DNA of 63,524 nucleotides, filler included, from Basidioascus undulatus (Eukaryota), in the NCBI GenBank assembly GCA_000826855.1. It is 10 parts of 10 records of this genome, joined end to end, with 100 filler letters (N's around TTAATTAATTAA, not from the genome) between each part and the next. Parts side by side here need not be neighbours in the genome. Positions count along the whole stretch, not along the records: positions 25,074 to 29,009 come from JTLS01002282.1; positions 29,110 to 33,042 come from JTLS01002283.1; positions 33,143 to 37,070 come from JTLS01002285.1; positions 37,171 to 41,089 come from JTLS01002286.1; positions 41,190 to 45,106 come from JTLS01002287.1; 5 more parts are not named here. One strand, given 5' to 3'. The notes under the pieces are model-generated. The model saw only the letters and a list, made by a program, of their open reading frames with translations, was not told the origin of the DNA and did no database searches. Shown in pieces: positions 25,074 through 41,678 of this stretch; the stretch's first letter is position 1, and each line of letters opens with the position of its first letter. The position numbers and the translations under genes were made by a program.

Positions 25074-25716
25074 GCCCTCTCCTGCGCAAGCCGCCGCCGC
25101 CTGCGACGACGCTCTCCGCGCTCGCGGCGAAGCAACTCAGCCTTGGCCCGTCGCCCGCCGCACCGCCAACGTCGTTCCCGGGCGACGAGCTCTCCCCGAC
25201 CTCCGCGTCCACGTCGACGGCAGGCTGCTGGCCGCCCGTCGTTGAGCCCATCGACTTTGAGTCGTACGCGTCATACTTCGGGGAGACCTCCTGATGAATT
25301 AAAGGGTGAAGATGTTGGAGGTTGAAGTTGAAGTGGAGTTTGGGATTCACATTGATTGGCCGCATGTCGCCTGCTCGCACCCTGTAATGCAACGTCCTGC
25401 TTGTCTGATGTTTCACGCCTGTCTCCTTGAGTGGTGACTTCTCGAGCGTTTTGTAGCTTTGGTTCCCAACCGTAGAAATTTGGCTGGAACCACAATTACA
25501 GCCTACCTTCCCTCGAAGTCATGCGCGCTTATTGCTCATGCAAAAGTTCGATTGCAGTCATGTACGGAGGGCAGTAGCAAATAACACCACCAATAAGGAA
25601 AGGAAAGTACGACAGCGACAGAAATGTACGAAAAGAGCATGGCATAAACCCAAAGAAATGCAAAGACGATGCGAACCCAGCCCTCCCTCCTCCCTCCACG
25701 TCTGCAGCAACGCAGT

Positions 25717-28958
<3,242 letters not shown>

Positions 28959-29222
28959 TCAGTAGGTGAGTCTGCTATGGCCCAGCCCAGTTCCGCAAAA
29001 TGCCGAGAANNNNNNNNNNNNNNNNNNNNNNNNNNNNNNNNNNNNNNNNNNNNTTAATTAATTAANNNNNNNNNNNNNNNNNNNNNNNNNNNNNNNNNNN
29101 NNNNNNNNNGGAGGGGGCAGTAGCAGCGGTACGTGGGGCCATTGAAGGGGGGGGGGTCGGTGATGCATGGAAGGAAAGGAAAGGTGGCAGGGGAGAAGGG
29201 AAGGGGAAAGGGGACGACCCAC

Positions 29223-31375
29223 TTCCGCAAAGCCCGCACAGCAGAGATCTTCACTGGCACGCCAGCAGTCGGCGACTCCAGTAGCGGGACGGCCGCGTCG
29301 ACGTACGCGCTGCGGAGGTCGTCGGGGAGGACGTCCGCGAACTGGGATGCGAAGACGAATGCGCGTCCTTGCAGGAAAGGAGTTTCTGGATTTCCACCAC
29401 CGCTGGTCAGGCGCGCGTCCACAGCGAAATAGCGAAGGGTAAAAGGAAAAGACCGACCGGACGCCCCAACGAACCTCCCCACGACGCTCCTACACAGTCC
29501 CTCCAAGTCGAACGCCTCCCGCCCCTCATCCTCAACGGCGTCAATCACGCCCTCGGCGACGCTGCCAATAGCAGCGAGGGTAGCCTCGACAGGCTTCCAC
29601 CACTCGCCCTGCCCCGCGGCGTGCGCCGCTTCGGAGGCGGCGAGGATGGAGTGCGTTGTCGGGGCGAGCGCGCGCAGGGTCGGGAGGGGGTGCTTTTGGA
29701 GGAACATCTGTGGGGGGCGGGTGAGACGGAGGGGAGGAGGGGAGGAGGAGACGGAGGGGACGGACCGCGAGGAGATCGTGCGTTGCGATGCGGAGGGAGT
29801 AGTTCTCGGTTTCGTCTTCCTCGTCGTCGACGAAGGCGTTGGGGTCAGAGGCCCAAGTCTCTTCCTGTCCCAGCGCCCCACTCCCGCAATCAGCTCCCGT
29901 CCACCCACCCAACCTTTCTTCTCCCCACGCACGCACCTCGTCCACGCTCATCTGCCCCCACTGCACCGCGAGCCCCACCGCGTCCCGCAAGGGCGCCTCG
30001 TCCCACAGTTCCCGCGCAGCCTTCAGCTTCGCGAGCCCCGCGAGGACGTCGAACACGGGGCTCGCGAGCTCCGCGAGGGGCGTGGCGTCCTCGTCGCCCG
30101 CGGCAGGCGAGTCGGACAGGTAGGTCGCCGTGTAGGTGGGGAGGAGCGCGTGGAGGTGCGCGAGGGAGGAGGAGAGGAGGAGGGCAATGTGCGGGATGAG
30201 GGCGTCGCGGAAGGTGTCGGTTAGGAGGTTGAGGGTCTGTGTTGGGGGGATGCGGTCAGAAGGAAAGGGGGAAAGGAGGAAGCGAGAGGGAGAGATGGGG
30301 AGGGACGGACCTTGAACATCTGCGCCCTGACGCCCCACCCCGCCTCGCCGTCCGCGTCGAGCGGAACCTGCAGGAGCTGGAGGAACGCGTCGACCCAGAC
30401 AGGGATGACGGACTGGGCCGCTTCGGACGCGGCGGCAGGGTACTGCTCGCGCACCATGTGCAGCGTGTACACGCATTGGCGGAAGACGGCGATGGTGAGG
30501 GCGCGGGTGGGGGGGGAGTGCGCCTGCGGGGGAGTGCCAGTTAGCGTGATAGATGGTTAGGAATGGAAGGGAAGGAAGAAGAGGAGAGGTCAATAAGAAA
30601 GAGAAAAAGGAAGCAACGCACCTGCGGGTTCCCCAGCACGCCCAGCAGCACGGGCAACACGTCCCTCGCAACCGGCAGGAGCTGCTCCTCCGTCAACTCC
30701 ACGCGCACAAACTCCTCCAGCACGCGCATCGCGCCGTGCGTGCCGGCGGAGTCTCCGCGGCGGAGGAGCCCGACAAGGTCGTCGAGGAGGGAGGGGTAGT
30801 GGTCCGGGTAGTCGGACGCGGCGAGGAGGGAGAGCGCGTACGCGGCGGTCGTGCGCAGGGGCTTGTACGGGGAGGAGAGGAGCGCGAAGAGCTGGGGGCG
30901 GATGTGGGCCTTTGCCTGCCGGGGGAGGGTGTGAGAGGGTGTGGGGAGGTGGGGGACAGGGGAAGGGGGGGACGCACTTCGGCGGAGGGCGCGGAGCCTT
31001 TGAAGGACGGGAACATGGGAGACCAGCGCTCGTTGATGTACTTGCGGAGGAGCAGGCCCGCTGCGTATCTATCCATCTCCTCCCAGCATCAGCCTCGTCT
31101 TCTCACCCCATTCTTTCTACAGAACCGAATACTCATCTGGCGAACATGCAGCGGCACCCCCTCCTCCGCGCACACCCTCACAAGCGCATACCCAAATTCT
31201 TTATCCCAGCCGCCTCACATTCAGCTCCCTTTCAACCGCAAGAAGGGCAGAAGGGAAGAGAGAAGAACGGACCGGCCTGGGGCTGCAGCTCGCTGAGGGT
31301 GAGCTCGGCCTGGATGCGCTCGTTCGCGTCCGCGGAGAGCGTGGATTCGATTAGCTGTACTAGTTGCGCCTCCAT
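29223..31375 (-). CDS. KAP114: Importin-9/Kap114 family karyopherin (3' end lost in the gap)
   Basis: IBN_N start MEAQLVQLIESTLSADANERIQAELTL, LLRKYINERWSPMFPSFKG, WASDPNAFVDDEEDE, PFLQGRAFVFASQFA. Confidence 0.85.
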
Positions 31376-31837
31376 TGGTGCGTAGGGAAGAAAGGAGGAA
31401 GAGATATCAGGGGGTTGGTTAAGGGAAGGAAAGGGAAAAGGAAACGAAAGGAAGGCACGACCGACGCGATGGACTGAGCGCGGTACCTCCGTGGAGGGGT
31501 GAGGGACGCCGCGGATAGCAGGGCCTCCCAAGGTCTTTCCAACCCTGCCAGCGAGCCACTGGCGAGACCTGCAGCTTCCCCGACTGCGATATTTGTAGCC
31601 TTGCAAGCCCATCGGAATATTCTGAAAAAACCTTGCACGTTGCGTGCAAACGAACCGCAACAAATGAACAACCGCGTCCTCCCCACGAATCAGCCCAACG
31701 TGACACGACGTCATCAGCCTTCGCAATCTCCACGTCTTCTGTCTTCCCATTTAACCCCTTCCTTTGCCACAATCACCAACACCTACAACACCTCTTCCCT
31801 CTTCCCCCTCTCACACTCTCATATCCACACACACACC

Positions 31838-33010
31838 ATGGCCGCCCCCCGCTCAATCGTCATCGCCGGCGGCGGGATCGTCGGAGCCTCGACGGCGTAC
31901 TACCTCACGCGGCACCCCGCCCTCGCCGGCGCAGCGGTCCATCTGTTCGAGGGAACTGAGATCGCGGCTGGGGCTAGTGGGAAGGTTCGTTGTAAAATAT
32001 TCTTAGTGGGGGGGGAAGAGTAGGCTGATCGAATGGGACGGGGACGGACAGTCCGGGGGCTTCCTAGCGAGCGACTGGCACGGCCCCGCAACGGAGAGTG
32101 CGTCTTCCTTCCTCTCCCTCCCCATCCCCCTCACACTCACCCAACCCCTCTCCCTCCACAGACCTCGGCCTTCTCTCCTACTCGCTTCACGCGCAGCTGG
32201 CCTCTGAGCACGGCGGTGCCGAGCGGTGGGGGTACCGTCCGGTGACCGCTCTCTCTCTTCTCGCAGACACCTCCTCTCCCACATCGAAGAACCCGCGCAA
32301 AGGCGCCGCGCACCTCAAAGAGGGAGCACTCGACTGGTTAGACGCAAGCATCGTCTCCGCCGCGAGCGTACTCGGCACGCCTGACACTGTGGCGCAGGCG
32401 CACCCGCGCCTTCTGACTCAGGCGCTGGTGGAACTTGCGCAGGAGAGGGGCGCGCAAGTGCATGTTGCGCATGTTGAGGAGGTGCGGCGGGACAAGAACG
32501 GCTCTATCAAGGAGGTGGTAGGGCGGACTAGGGACGGGGAAGAGGTGCGTTCGTCTTCCTTCCACCACCACCAACCAACGCCGGCTCCTGACGTCTTCCC
32601 ACCCACGGCGGAGCAGATCGCAGTCCCCGCCACCGACCTAGTAATCACCGCGGGCCCCTGGTCCGGCGCGCTCGCGCAAAAGCTCCTCCCTGCGAAGGAC
32701 GCGCGGAAGATCGCCATCACCGGCCGGCGAGCGCACTCGATCGTCGTGCGCCCGCCGGCGGATAAGCCCCTCTCCGCGCACTGCCTCTTCACGGAGGTGA
32801 AGATCCGCAAAGCAGGGACGGTCAGCCCCGAGGTGTACGTCCTCTCGCGCCTCGCTTGGCGGATGTTCTGGGGAGGTCCACACGCTCATTTTTACGTATT
32901 TTTGTCCCTTAGTTATTGCAGACCGGATAAGTCAGCTTACATTTGTGGGCCGACCGTACGTCCTCTCCTGCCTCTACCTGTCCCAAAACTTACCCTCCGG
33001 CCCCCTCAGG
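31838..33010 (+). CDS. FAD-dependent oxidoreductase, DAO family (TDA3-like), 3' end lost in the gap
   Basis: IVIAGGGIVGASTAYYL Rossmann motif, IAAGASGK-SGGFLA, AERWGYR, AQAHPRLLT, VITAGPWS, RAHSIVVRP. Confidence 0.88.
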
Positions 33011-33682
33011 ATTCCTCCCCTCCGTTTCTTCCCCTCCGTTTCNNNNNNNNNNNNNNNNNNNNNNNNNNNNNNNNNNNNNNNNNNNNTTAATTAATTAANN
33101 NNNNNNNNNNNNNNNNNNNNNNNNNNNNNNNNNNNNNNNNNNGAGGATGAGTCTTCCCCCGAGCGCTCGCCGGCCGCACAGCCTCCCCCCAAGCTCGCGC
33201 CCGGGCAATCCGGCAAGAGCTACGCGGCGGCTGCGCGCCTCCCTCTCCCCCAGTCCCCGCCGAGGAGGACACGGAGAGCGCTAGGGGGTGGTGGACGTTC
33301 TCGGAATGCGAGCTGTGGGTTGAGAGCCGGTGACCATCTTTGGCGGTGAGGAGAGGGAGGAGCGGGGAGAGAGGGAGGAGCGGGAGGGAAGGGTGAGGGT
33401 GAGGGGGTCGTTGGTGGGTGTTGAGGGCCGGTCGTGGGGTGGAGGGCGCATGGATGTGGGTTTCCTCTTGATGTGCTGCGCTGCGTGGAGCTGAGGGGTA
33501 TGGACGAAAGCTGAAAGCTGGTGGGAGTGAGGCTGTCACTCCTCGCAAAGCCATGAGGTCAATCCGTAATCCGATTATATCGCATATAAGTTATCCAAGC
33601 TCTCTCACCATTCCAATCGCCCTCAAACCACCTTCCACCCTCCCCACGGCGTCCACGCGTCACACCCCTCCCCATGCGCACC

Positions 33683-34068
33683 TCACAGCTCGTCCCGCAC
33701 CCTCGCCTCGCCCCCCTCGGGCCCACTCAGCTCCTCCGCCCCACGGGTAACCTCATCGTCCTCAACAGCAAGGTCGGACCGCTCTGAGTGCTTGGAGAGG
33801 AAGAACTTGAGCGGGTGCTCGTCTGGCTTGCGTGCGGAGGGGACGCGATTGGGGGATGCGATGGGGTGGGCGGAAAGGGAGGCGCGCCTGGCGCGCAGGG
33901 CGGCGGTGGGGACACTGTGTGGGGGCGAGAAGGGTGAGTGTTGGCTGGGATGGATGGTGGATGGAGGGATACGTGCGGTGGGACGAAGGGCTTCTGCTGC
34001 GCTGCGGCAAGGGAGGCGAGAAGGGCGAGGACGAGGAGGGAGAGCGCGAGGATCAGGAGACGGTACAT
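33683..34068 (-). CDS. 107-aa protein with signal peptide and C-terminal RDEL (predicted ER-resident)
   Basis: Exon 1 34068-33977 (MYRLLILALSLLVLALLASLAAAQQKPFVP), GC-AG intron 33976-33915, GC3-rich exon 2 ending ...GGEARVRDEL*. Confidence 0.72.
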
Positions 34069-34336
34069 GGCTGCTTCGGTCGATCGATTATGAGCGTATG
34101 AAAGGGTGTGAGTGTGGCTACGAAAACAAAGAAGTCGGTATGCTGCGAAACGCGACGGATATGGTCGAGGTTCAACGTAGAGCGTCTTCTCACGGTGAAG
34201 ACTGCTCAGTAGCAGCACGTGAATGCGAGACGCTAATCGCCAGAACCCCCTGGCCTCTCACCATCACTCGCTCATTCTCCTACTCTCGTTCAACACCCAC
34301 GTACACTTCGAAACACACTACATTTCGAAAAGGAAT

Positions 34337-35726
34337 ATGCGCCTAGGCTGGCGCGCGGCTCTCTCCTTCGCGTGCGCGCTTGCCGGCGTAGCGGCCGCGG
34401 CGCCTGCGGGACAGGTCGTCCTTGCAGATGGGGATGGGGATGCAGAGGGAAGGGGAGGGGAGGATGGAGAGCTTGTTGGATGGGTCGATCCAAGGTTGGG
34501 GGGCGGGAGTATGATGAATGTGAGTAGCGAGAGCTTGCGAAGGGGGAGGCACGACGCGAATGGATACCGCGGTCCCGATGCAGCGCCTCAGCTCTGCTGT
34601 TTCGTTTTCTTGGGAATGGATAAAGATTTGTGCAGGCGTGGATCTACCACAGATCATGATCCTTTTCTGACATGCCCTGCCTCCCCATCTGTCCTCACAC
34701 ACTCCGCTGTTCCGCTTCACCTCACACTCACTCACGCTTACCCTCGCGCCCACCCCACAGTACGCAACCCGCCTCCTCGGCGAACCCCTGAACATAATCA
34801 TCTCGGGCCTTTCCGACCCACACGTCCTCACCGACGCCGGTCTGCTGCACTACGCCAAGTCCGTCTTGCGTTCTCCCTGTCCCCCTCCCCTCCTCGCCCC
34901 TTCGAGCACTCCGCCAACTCACCTGACTCTTGGATACACCTTCTCGTCCACGGACCAACTCACACGAAACCTCGAATCTCACAGGACTGTCGGATTCGCC
35001 AGCGAATGCTTCAACCTCCACATTGGCGGGCCGCAGCAGGCAGACCTCGGCGACGGCGAAGGGCGGGTGGACGAGCAGTTTGTGGGTCCTCATTCCCTCC
35101 TCCTCCCTCCCTTCTCCCCCCTCTTTCCTCCCTCTCCCCTCCGCGCTGAACGTGATGACGGTGGGGCACGCCAGGAGCTCCGCCAAGCCTACTTCCCCTT
35201 TCTCGGGACATGTTGGGAGTCCGCCGCGGGCGGGAACCACTTCCGCGCGTGGCGGCAGCGCACGACGGGCGCGTGGTTCCTCGCTGTCAGCAAGGAGCAG
35301 TGGAGCGGCGAGAACCATATCATCAGCGAGAACGGGTATGATGGTGCGTCGATCGTTCGTCCGCCCTTCACCGTCTTCCCTTCTTTCCTGTTCCCCACTT
35401 CCTTTCTTCACATGTTTCCAAATCTGTGCCTTCTGATGAGTGTGGAAGGTGGCTGATTGTGGAGGTGAGCGAGGAACAGACGGGCGAGACGAACTAGCGC
35501 ACCGTGCCGCGGCAGGAGGGCACTATAAGAACTACTGGTGGAAGGCAGACGTGCAGTGGGTGGACGGGCTGCTCGAGCGGGGGAGCAGGGGTGCGTTATT
35601 CCCCCTCTCCCATTTCCCTTGTTTGCGTGGCTGCATGGCTGATGCAGGGAAGGGAGGGGAGCAGGCGTCAACCACGGCATACCCATCGACGGACGTGTCG
35701 CAGTCCTTACCGTCCGGCAGGTCTGA
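34337..35726 (+). CDS. Conserved fungal secreted protein of unknown function
   Basis: Signal peptide; GWVDPRLGGGSM, GEPLNIIISG, ECFNLHIG, GTCWESAAGGNHFRAWRQ, NGYDDGRD, NHGIPIDGRVAVLTV; multi-exon with canonical sites. Confidence 0.85.
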
Positions 35727-36242
35727 AGATCCAAACCCTTTCCTTCGCACTTTGATTCCCATTTGTTTGCGCATGATTCCCCTTTCTTGCCTTTCCACAT
35801 AGCGGAGGCTGGATGCCCTTCCCTCTTCCTCTCACACTGTCCAAACTCACTTTTCATACGCTTCCCTTCACTGTTCCCACTCCATCTGTTCCACCTTCAA
35901 TCAATGCTCTTGCATCTTCCTCTCTCTCTACAGTGTTGTCTCTCTCTTTCCAGACTTTCTTGTTTCCCACACTCATGTACAGTCGTCGCATCGCATGTCT
36001 GCATTCCATTTCCCGTTCTTGTAAGGACGCACTGCACTCGTGAGCTGTGAACACCACTACCTTTTCAGGATTCTCCGAAGTTCTTGGGTCTGTGCTGGCT
36101 ATCCAGACATCCCGTCCAAGAAATGGGTGCAACACAGATTCACACTGTTTCTCCTTGTGAGCAGGTGACCGGCGGCGGTGATGCTGATGCACTCATTACG
36201 TTCACTCTCACCTAACATACTGCACAGCAGCACAAAGCACTT

Positions 36243-36875
36243 ATTATCGATATGTACACCTCTTTCCCTTTCTTGCCTTTCCTCTCTGTTTGACGCTTTA
36301 CCTTATCTCCACTCTTTGCCCTCCGTCCTTTACCCTTCTTCCACCTTGAGGTTGCATGTGATTGTGTCGTCCATTCCCTTTAATCATGTTGTCCACTTCC
36401 CTTCAATCACATGGCCCTTTCACCCACAAGTTCTTCACTCCTCCACACAAACACTCCACTTCCCTTTCACTCCTCACACTGTTGTTCTTCAAGCATGATA
36501 AATTGGCCACTTCATTGTCTCTACTTTCCTTTTTACAATGATACTATCGAACAGCACTCATCTGCTGAGCAAGGAGCAAGTGTATATTTGTTAAAAAAAG
36601 GAAAGTAGAGATGATGAAGTAGCCCTTTTATCATAGCTTCAAGAACAACAATGTGGAGGAGTGTTTGTTATGCAGGAGTGAAAGAATAACACAGGTGAAA
36701 GGGCCATGTGAGCGCAGGGGAAATGGACAACATGATCAAAGGGGATAAAGACACAATCACATGCAACTTCAAGGGGAAAGAAAGGTAAAGGACGGAGGGC
36801 GAAGGGCGGAGACGAGGTAAAGCGTCAAACAAAGAAGGAAGATGAGAAAGGGAAAGAAGTGTGCATGTCGATAGT
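36243..36875. repeat. ~630-bp imperfect foldback (long inverted repeat)
   Basis: Arms match as reverse complements, e.g. CACATGGCCCTTTCACC/GGTGAAAGGGCCATGTG, GTTGCATGTGATTGTGTC/GACACAATCACATGCAAC, GTTTGACGCTTTACC/GGTAAAGCGTCAAAC; centre ~36560. Confidence 0.9.
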
Positions 36876-39032
36876 CACGTCCAAGGGGCAGACTTCGACA
36901 AACATGACAGATGATCGGCTTCCCTGCCTCATGCAATAGTTTTCGGGCTTAGTTCTTTGTTGGAGGGATAAGTCACTAGCGCCCCTTGGCAAAGGTCAAA
37001 GGCTTTCCCCCGGACTTGCCACACGGAAGTCAGATGCAGCATGGTACGGATGGCTGTTTGCAAGGGAACGNNNNNNNNNNNNNNNNNNNNNNNNNNNNNN
37101 NNNNNNNNNNNNNNTTAATTAATTAANNNNNNNNNNNNNNNNNNNNNNNNNNNNNNNNNNNNNNNNNNNNCCCCCCCCCAGCCCCACAAACACCCCTCCA
37201 CATCCTCATCCGCGCCCCGCGAGCGGCCCAGCCTCCCAGGGGTTGGCTGCCGTACCCGCTTTATCGATCTAAGGGGAGCGGGAAGCGAGATGGGTTGAGG
37301 GTGGAGTGCTCTGGGGAGGAGGAGGGGGAGGTGGAGGTGGAGGTGGTGGAGGGCGTGTGGTGGGTTTGTGAAAGCGTCTTGAGGGGGTTTGGGCCGTGAT
37401 GAGGGACGGGGGTGTATCGGGTACAGTAGAAGAGATTGGTTGTCCTTTTGCGTGATTGCGCGGGAGAGCGTTGCTGCATGCTGCGACTTTCCCTTCGAGC
37501 CTTGGATCAATGGGAGGTTTCGCAGTGTTTCTCTGCCTGCTCGTGCTCCCGACGCGCTGAGAACATATGGCATTCTGACTTCTAGCTGTTCTTCCGATTC
37601 CAGTTGGGAAAACCACGATCAACAACCAGGAGTCGTGCCTCGGGCTTTCTGCGTTTCTGTGCCTCGCTGCTATGGCTGTGCAGTGTTACAATCCTAATTG
37701 CAAGCTGCTATGCACGTTTGATGAGGACAATTTCATTCAAGCACAAAGGCAGGCAATCGTCTCGTTTGTGCGTGACCTGCTGCGTTCCAAGGGAGATGGT
37801 GCGTTATTTGTCCACCTTTTCCACCCCATTGATGAAAACAAGACAATGCGCAAGCCACACCTAGCCGCGTGGTGTATTTGGGTGTGGGAATGCAAAGCTT
37901 TGTGCAGGTGAGGCTCCTCGAGGTTGATTTGTTTCATGACGACCAATGCAGGCGAACGAACGTTGGGCTCCAACCTTCAGCTGGTCAGTTAAAAACCTCC
38001 TCGTCTCGAAAGTTGCAGTTTGTCGTTCGAAGACGAAGAGACTGCGTTTCGTTTTCCATGATCGCTCTGACAGTGGGCGCTTTTCCTCAGCGCAGTCTCC
38101 TGATGTGGGACGACCCCTTGATAGGAATTAATTTTTGATTTCTACAGGATCACGGAAGCACGAGTCGAGATTGAATGTTGAAGCCGCAACAGCGGACGGA
38201 TACATGGCGAGGAGGTTTATCCGTGACGCCCTTCCGCACTTTTCTTGATGTCGCCAGGCCCGCTCGAGGCCCACTTCTGAGCACGTGGTGTACACGGAGT
38301 GCTGCACAAGTTCCACAACAAGTGACAGGTAATCGTGTTTCTCCCTCTCTCCGCTGTTTGTCCACCTCACCTCTCCTCTCCTCATTCCGCTCTGCAGTTT
38401 GCTCTACCAGTCACTCATGCGCCTCGCTCTGGGTCGCCTCTGGGAATGATGGCCGCTGCCTCTCCCCACCCCGACCCCTTTCTATCTACAGTCAAAGTGC
38501 ATGTACAGAAAGACCCCTTCATCGAGCCACATGATGCCCGTTCGGTCTTTCGTCTGAAGGGCTACGATGCCCAGGGACAGGCTATCATCCTCGAATGCCA
38601 AGGTGCGGAAGCTGAGCTGTGGCAGCTTCAGTAAGGTTTGGGTGGTGTTCAACCTTCTCCCCGCACCCAAAGGGGATCGTGAGCGCCCCCTCGCTGTAAA
38701 GCGATCCCGGTGGACTGGCGGATAAAGGTATGCGGTCATTTCATTCCCATTCTCACTCCGAAGCTCACACGCGTTGCCCCGAATCGGGAATCGGCTATAC
38801 TGCGGGAGCTGCGACATCCCTATGTCTGTTAGCTTATAGGTGAGCTGCTGTGCCTTCCACTTGGTGCGGTCATTGACGATTTTTGTCAGCCTGGTACTCC
38901 TCTCGAGATTCAATCGTGAGTCTACTAGAGCTCACATCCCGGAAAACGCGCTCAATTAGCTTTTAGACGAATATCCATTTTAAGTTTGTTTCTTATCGGC
39001 AGATTGGCCACACTCACGCTGAGCGTTCCCCA

Positions 39033-39870
39033 GTGATGAAGTACGTGCCGTGAGTTCTATTCAACATTCTCGACAATCAGCATCGACCTTGGCAACCGCT
39101 CTCGGCCTTCAGCTTACGTTATAGTGCAACCATGCTCTTCTTATGAATCACCAGCATTATTCGGGTGAGCGAAAGCTCTAGCTCCTACCAGCTCCTGCCA
39201 GCCTTGGGTTTTTTCTCCATGTGAGGAACATAGTGCACAGGTGCGTGAATTCAAAGCTTGCAAAAGGGTCGTACCGCTCTAACGTGACGAGGGTATAGGG
39301 ATGTCAAGCCCGCCAACATCTTGGTGGTCCCCACCGAAAGCCCTCTGGCGAACTACACTCATATGAGTGGGTAGGGATGACGCACTTTGTTCTGATGCAG
39401 ACTGGCGTTCTCAAGCTCTGCGACTTCGGCTCCGCTAAACGGTGGGATCTCTTTAATTGCCGAATGCCCTTAAAACACTTATGATACTCTGGCATGCAAA
39501 GCATCGACTTCACACCTGTACCAGGATACAATACAGACGTTCGTACATCGGTAGTCGCCATTACGGTGCTCCGGAGCTTGTAAGTCGTTTCGTGCAACAG
39601 CCGCCGACGATTTTGTTCTGACAGAGATGTGGCGACGACGAAGCTGATCCACGCTACCGAATATCATCACAATATTGGTACAGACCCTTACCTGGCTCCA
39701 GATCACAGCTACCAATAACAATTTCAGACGTTTGGGCGGCAGCCTGTCTCATCGCACAACTCGTGCTTCGCAAACCTCTGTTTCCAGGGGTAGGCGCAGG
39801 CGACCAGCTATTGCGCATAGTTGCAAGCAGGGGCACACCAATCATTGAAGAGCTTAAGCTCATGAAGTCT
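39033..39870 (+). pseudogene. GSK3/Rim11-like CMGC kinase pseudogene
   Basis: VMKYVP*, SYQLL.ALGF, IVHRDVKPANIL, TGVLKLCDFGSAK, TSYIGSRHYGAPEL, DVWAAACLIAQL..RKPLFPG...DQLLRI; in-frame TGA and frameshifts. Confidence 0.75.
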
Positions 39871-41511
39871 ATCGCCGCCGACGTCGAGAGTCAAGCACGA
39901 GACGGGCGAAGATGTTGCGAAGCCGAACAGCACTTCGGGGACCTCGAGGAAGGGAGCGTCCCACCATCCGCGCAAATGGCTGGGACAGAGGCTCCGTCAA
40001 ACCTGGGCGTGAAGTCTTAGAGGTATGGATGCATTTCGAGAGTAATGCCCCATGCTTGAACCAGCTCGGGGGAGAGCACGTGCGGGGCCGCTGAGAAGGG
40101 AAAGCCTGAGGAGAAGGCGAGCTCAGCACAAGGCAAGGTCAGCAGTGTGAAGGGTTATTCACGGACGCACGTTCGATCCATTCCAACCTCGAATGTACTC
40201 AAGCGAGAGCCAACCACCTCCGCCAATTTCACGCTCGGCGAGCCGCACAAGCCATGCCCGCGCTGCGGCTCGCCCTCGGCAGCCCGGGGGAGGGTAACCG
40301 CAAGAGCGCGCCAGGAGCTGAGCTGTTATACTTCCCAGCAGAAGTAGTATGGGGCGGGGTCCGCTTCCGAACGAGGAGCAGTGCGCGCGGCAGTCGGACT
40401 CGGAGTACGAGTGAAGGAGGAGGCGGGAGGAGTGCGCGAGTGCGAGATGCGTGGAGAGCTCGCGAGCACGCATGGTGAGGAGCGACGGTTGATCAGCGTC
40501 TAAGCGGCTCATCGACGGCGGTGGAATGCCAGGGCAGAATGTCTGCTTCTCCGCTGGGCTGAGATCGTCGACTGCCAGACGGTCTTCAGTCGAGCGTGAG
40601 TCTTGGCTGCATATCATGATTCCACAGCCACTTGGTGTTGGGTAACGATAAAGACTGTCCTTTGGGCAGACATCGAAGAGCAGATTATGTAGGTCAGCGC
40701 AGTTGGGGGAGATGGAAGACGATGATGATCAAGCCCGTGGAAGCGGCACTTCCTCTCGACGATCAGAGGCCACGCGCTGACCCTTGTACTGTCGTCTTCT
40801 CGCCGCCTTCTCGCCGTCTATGCAATCCGATCACCGACTGTATCTTGAAACAGGAAATGCATACCCGCCCAACATTTTTCATCAAGACGCGGTGGACACA
40901 AGATTTTCACCTTGAAGCTCGGTTGGAGGACTTCCACCATGACGTCGTTCGAAGGGGCTCCCGACTGCCTGCCCGTCTTCTCTCCTCCCCCTTCACCACC
41001 ACCATCTCCCCTCCCATCTCCTCTTTCTCCATTCCCCTGTCCGCAAAGCACCTTGGATGGCCGCTCCAAGCACTTGACGACGACGTCCCNNNNNNNNNNN
41101 NNNNNNNNNNNNNNNNNNNNNNNNNNNNNNNNNTTAATTAATTAANNNNNNNNNNNNNNNNNNNNNNNNNNNNNNNNNNNNNNNNNNNNCGTGCATTGCC
41201 TTCCTTTGTCCTATTGTCATCCTGTCCCCCTCCTCGCCTTCCTTTGTCCCTTCCATCAAGCTATTGTACTCCTGGCCTCCCTTTGTCTCTCCACAGTATA
41301 AGAACCCTCTACATGTTCTCCATCTGGTCTTGCCTTCTTGTTTCCACATTAACGTAGTCCCTGCTCCCACCTTACTCGTCTCGTAAGCAACCATTGCCCT
41401 CACAAGCCCCGGGTAGCCCCCGTTGCGGTCTGTTTCACTCTGCCGGATCCTGACACTAGCTGAACCTCAGCTAACTTGCTATCTTCTTATACTTTGCTTA
41501 TCTGAGCACAA

Positions 41512-41678
41512 AATGCCCACTACGCACCACTGCATGGTTTGCAACAAGAATGGTTTCTGCAAGAAGCACCAGGAGAGATGCGCCATTCACAAGAAGGTTG
41601 TGTACTACAAGAAAGGCTCGGGAGGCCAACCCCAGCTCCTGCAGAACATGCAACCAACAGACCGGGAGCGGAGCATGA
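41512..41678 (+). CDS. Small Cys/His-rich peptide, possibly frameshifted
   Basis: MPTTHHCMVCNKNGFCKKHQERCAIHKKVVYYKKG; a further CRTC lies in a shifted frame at ~41639-41652. Confidence 0.3.

Noticed and set aside
25074..25295. Coding-like fragments at contig edges (also 33143-33333, 37171-37350, 49223-49670)
   Set aside because: Frame and identity cannot be fixed from the available sequence.
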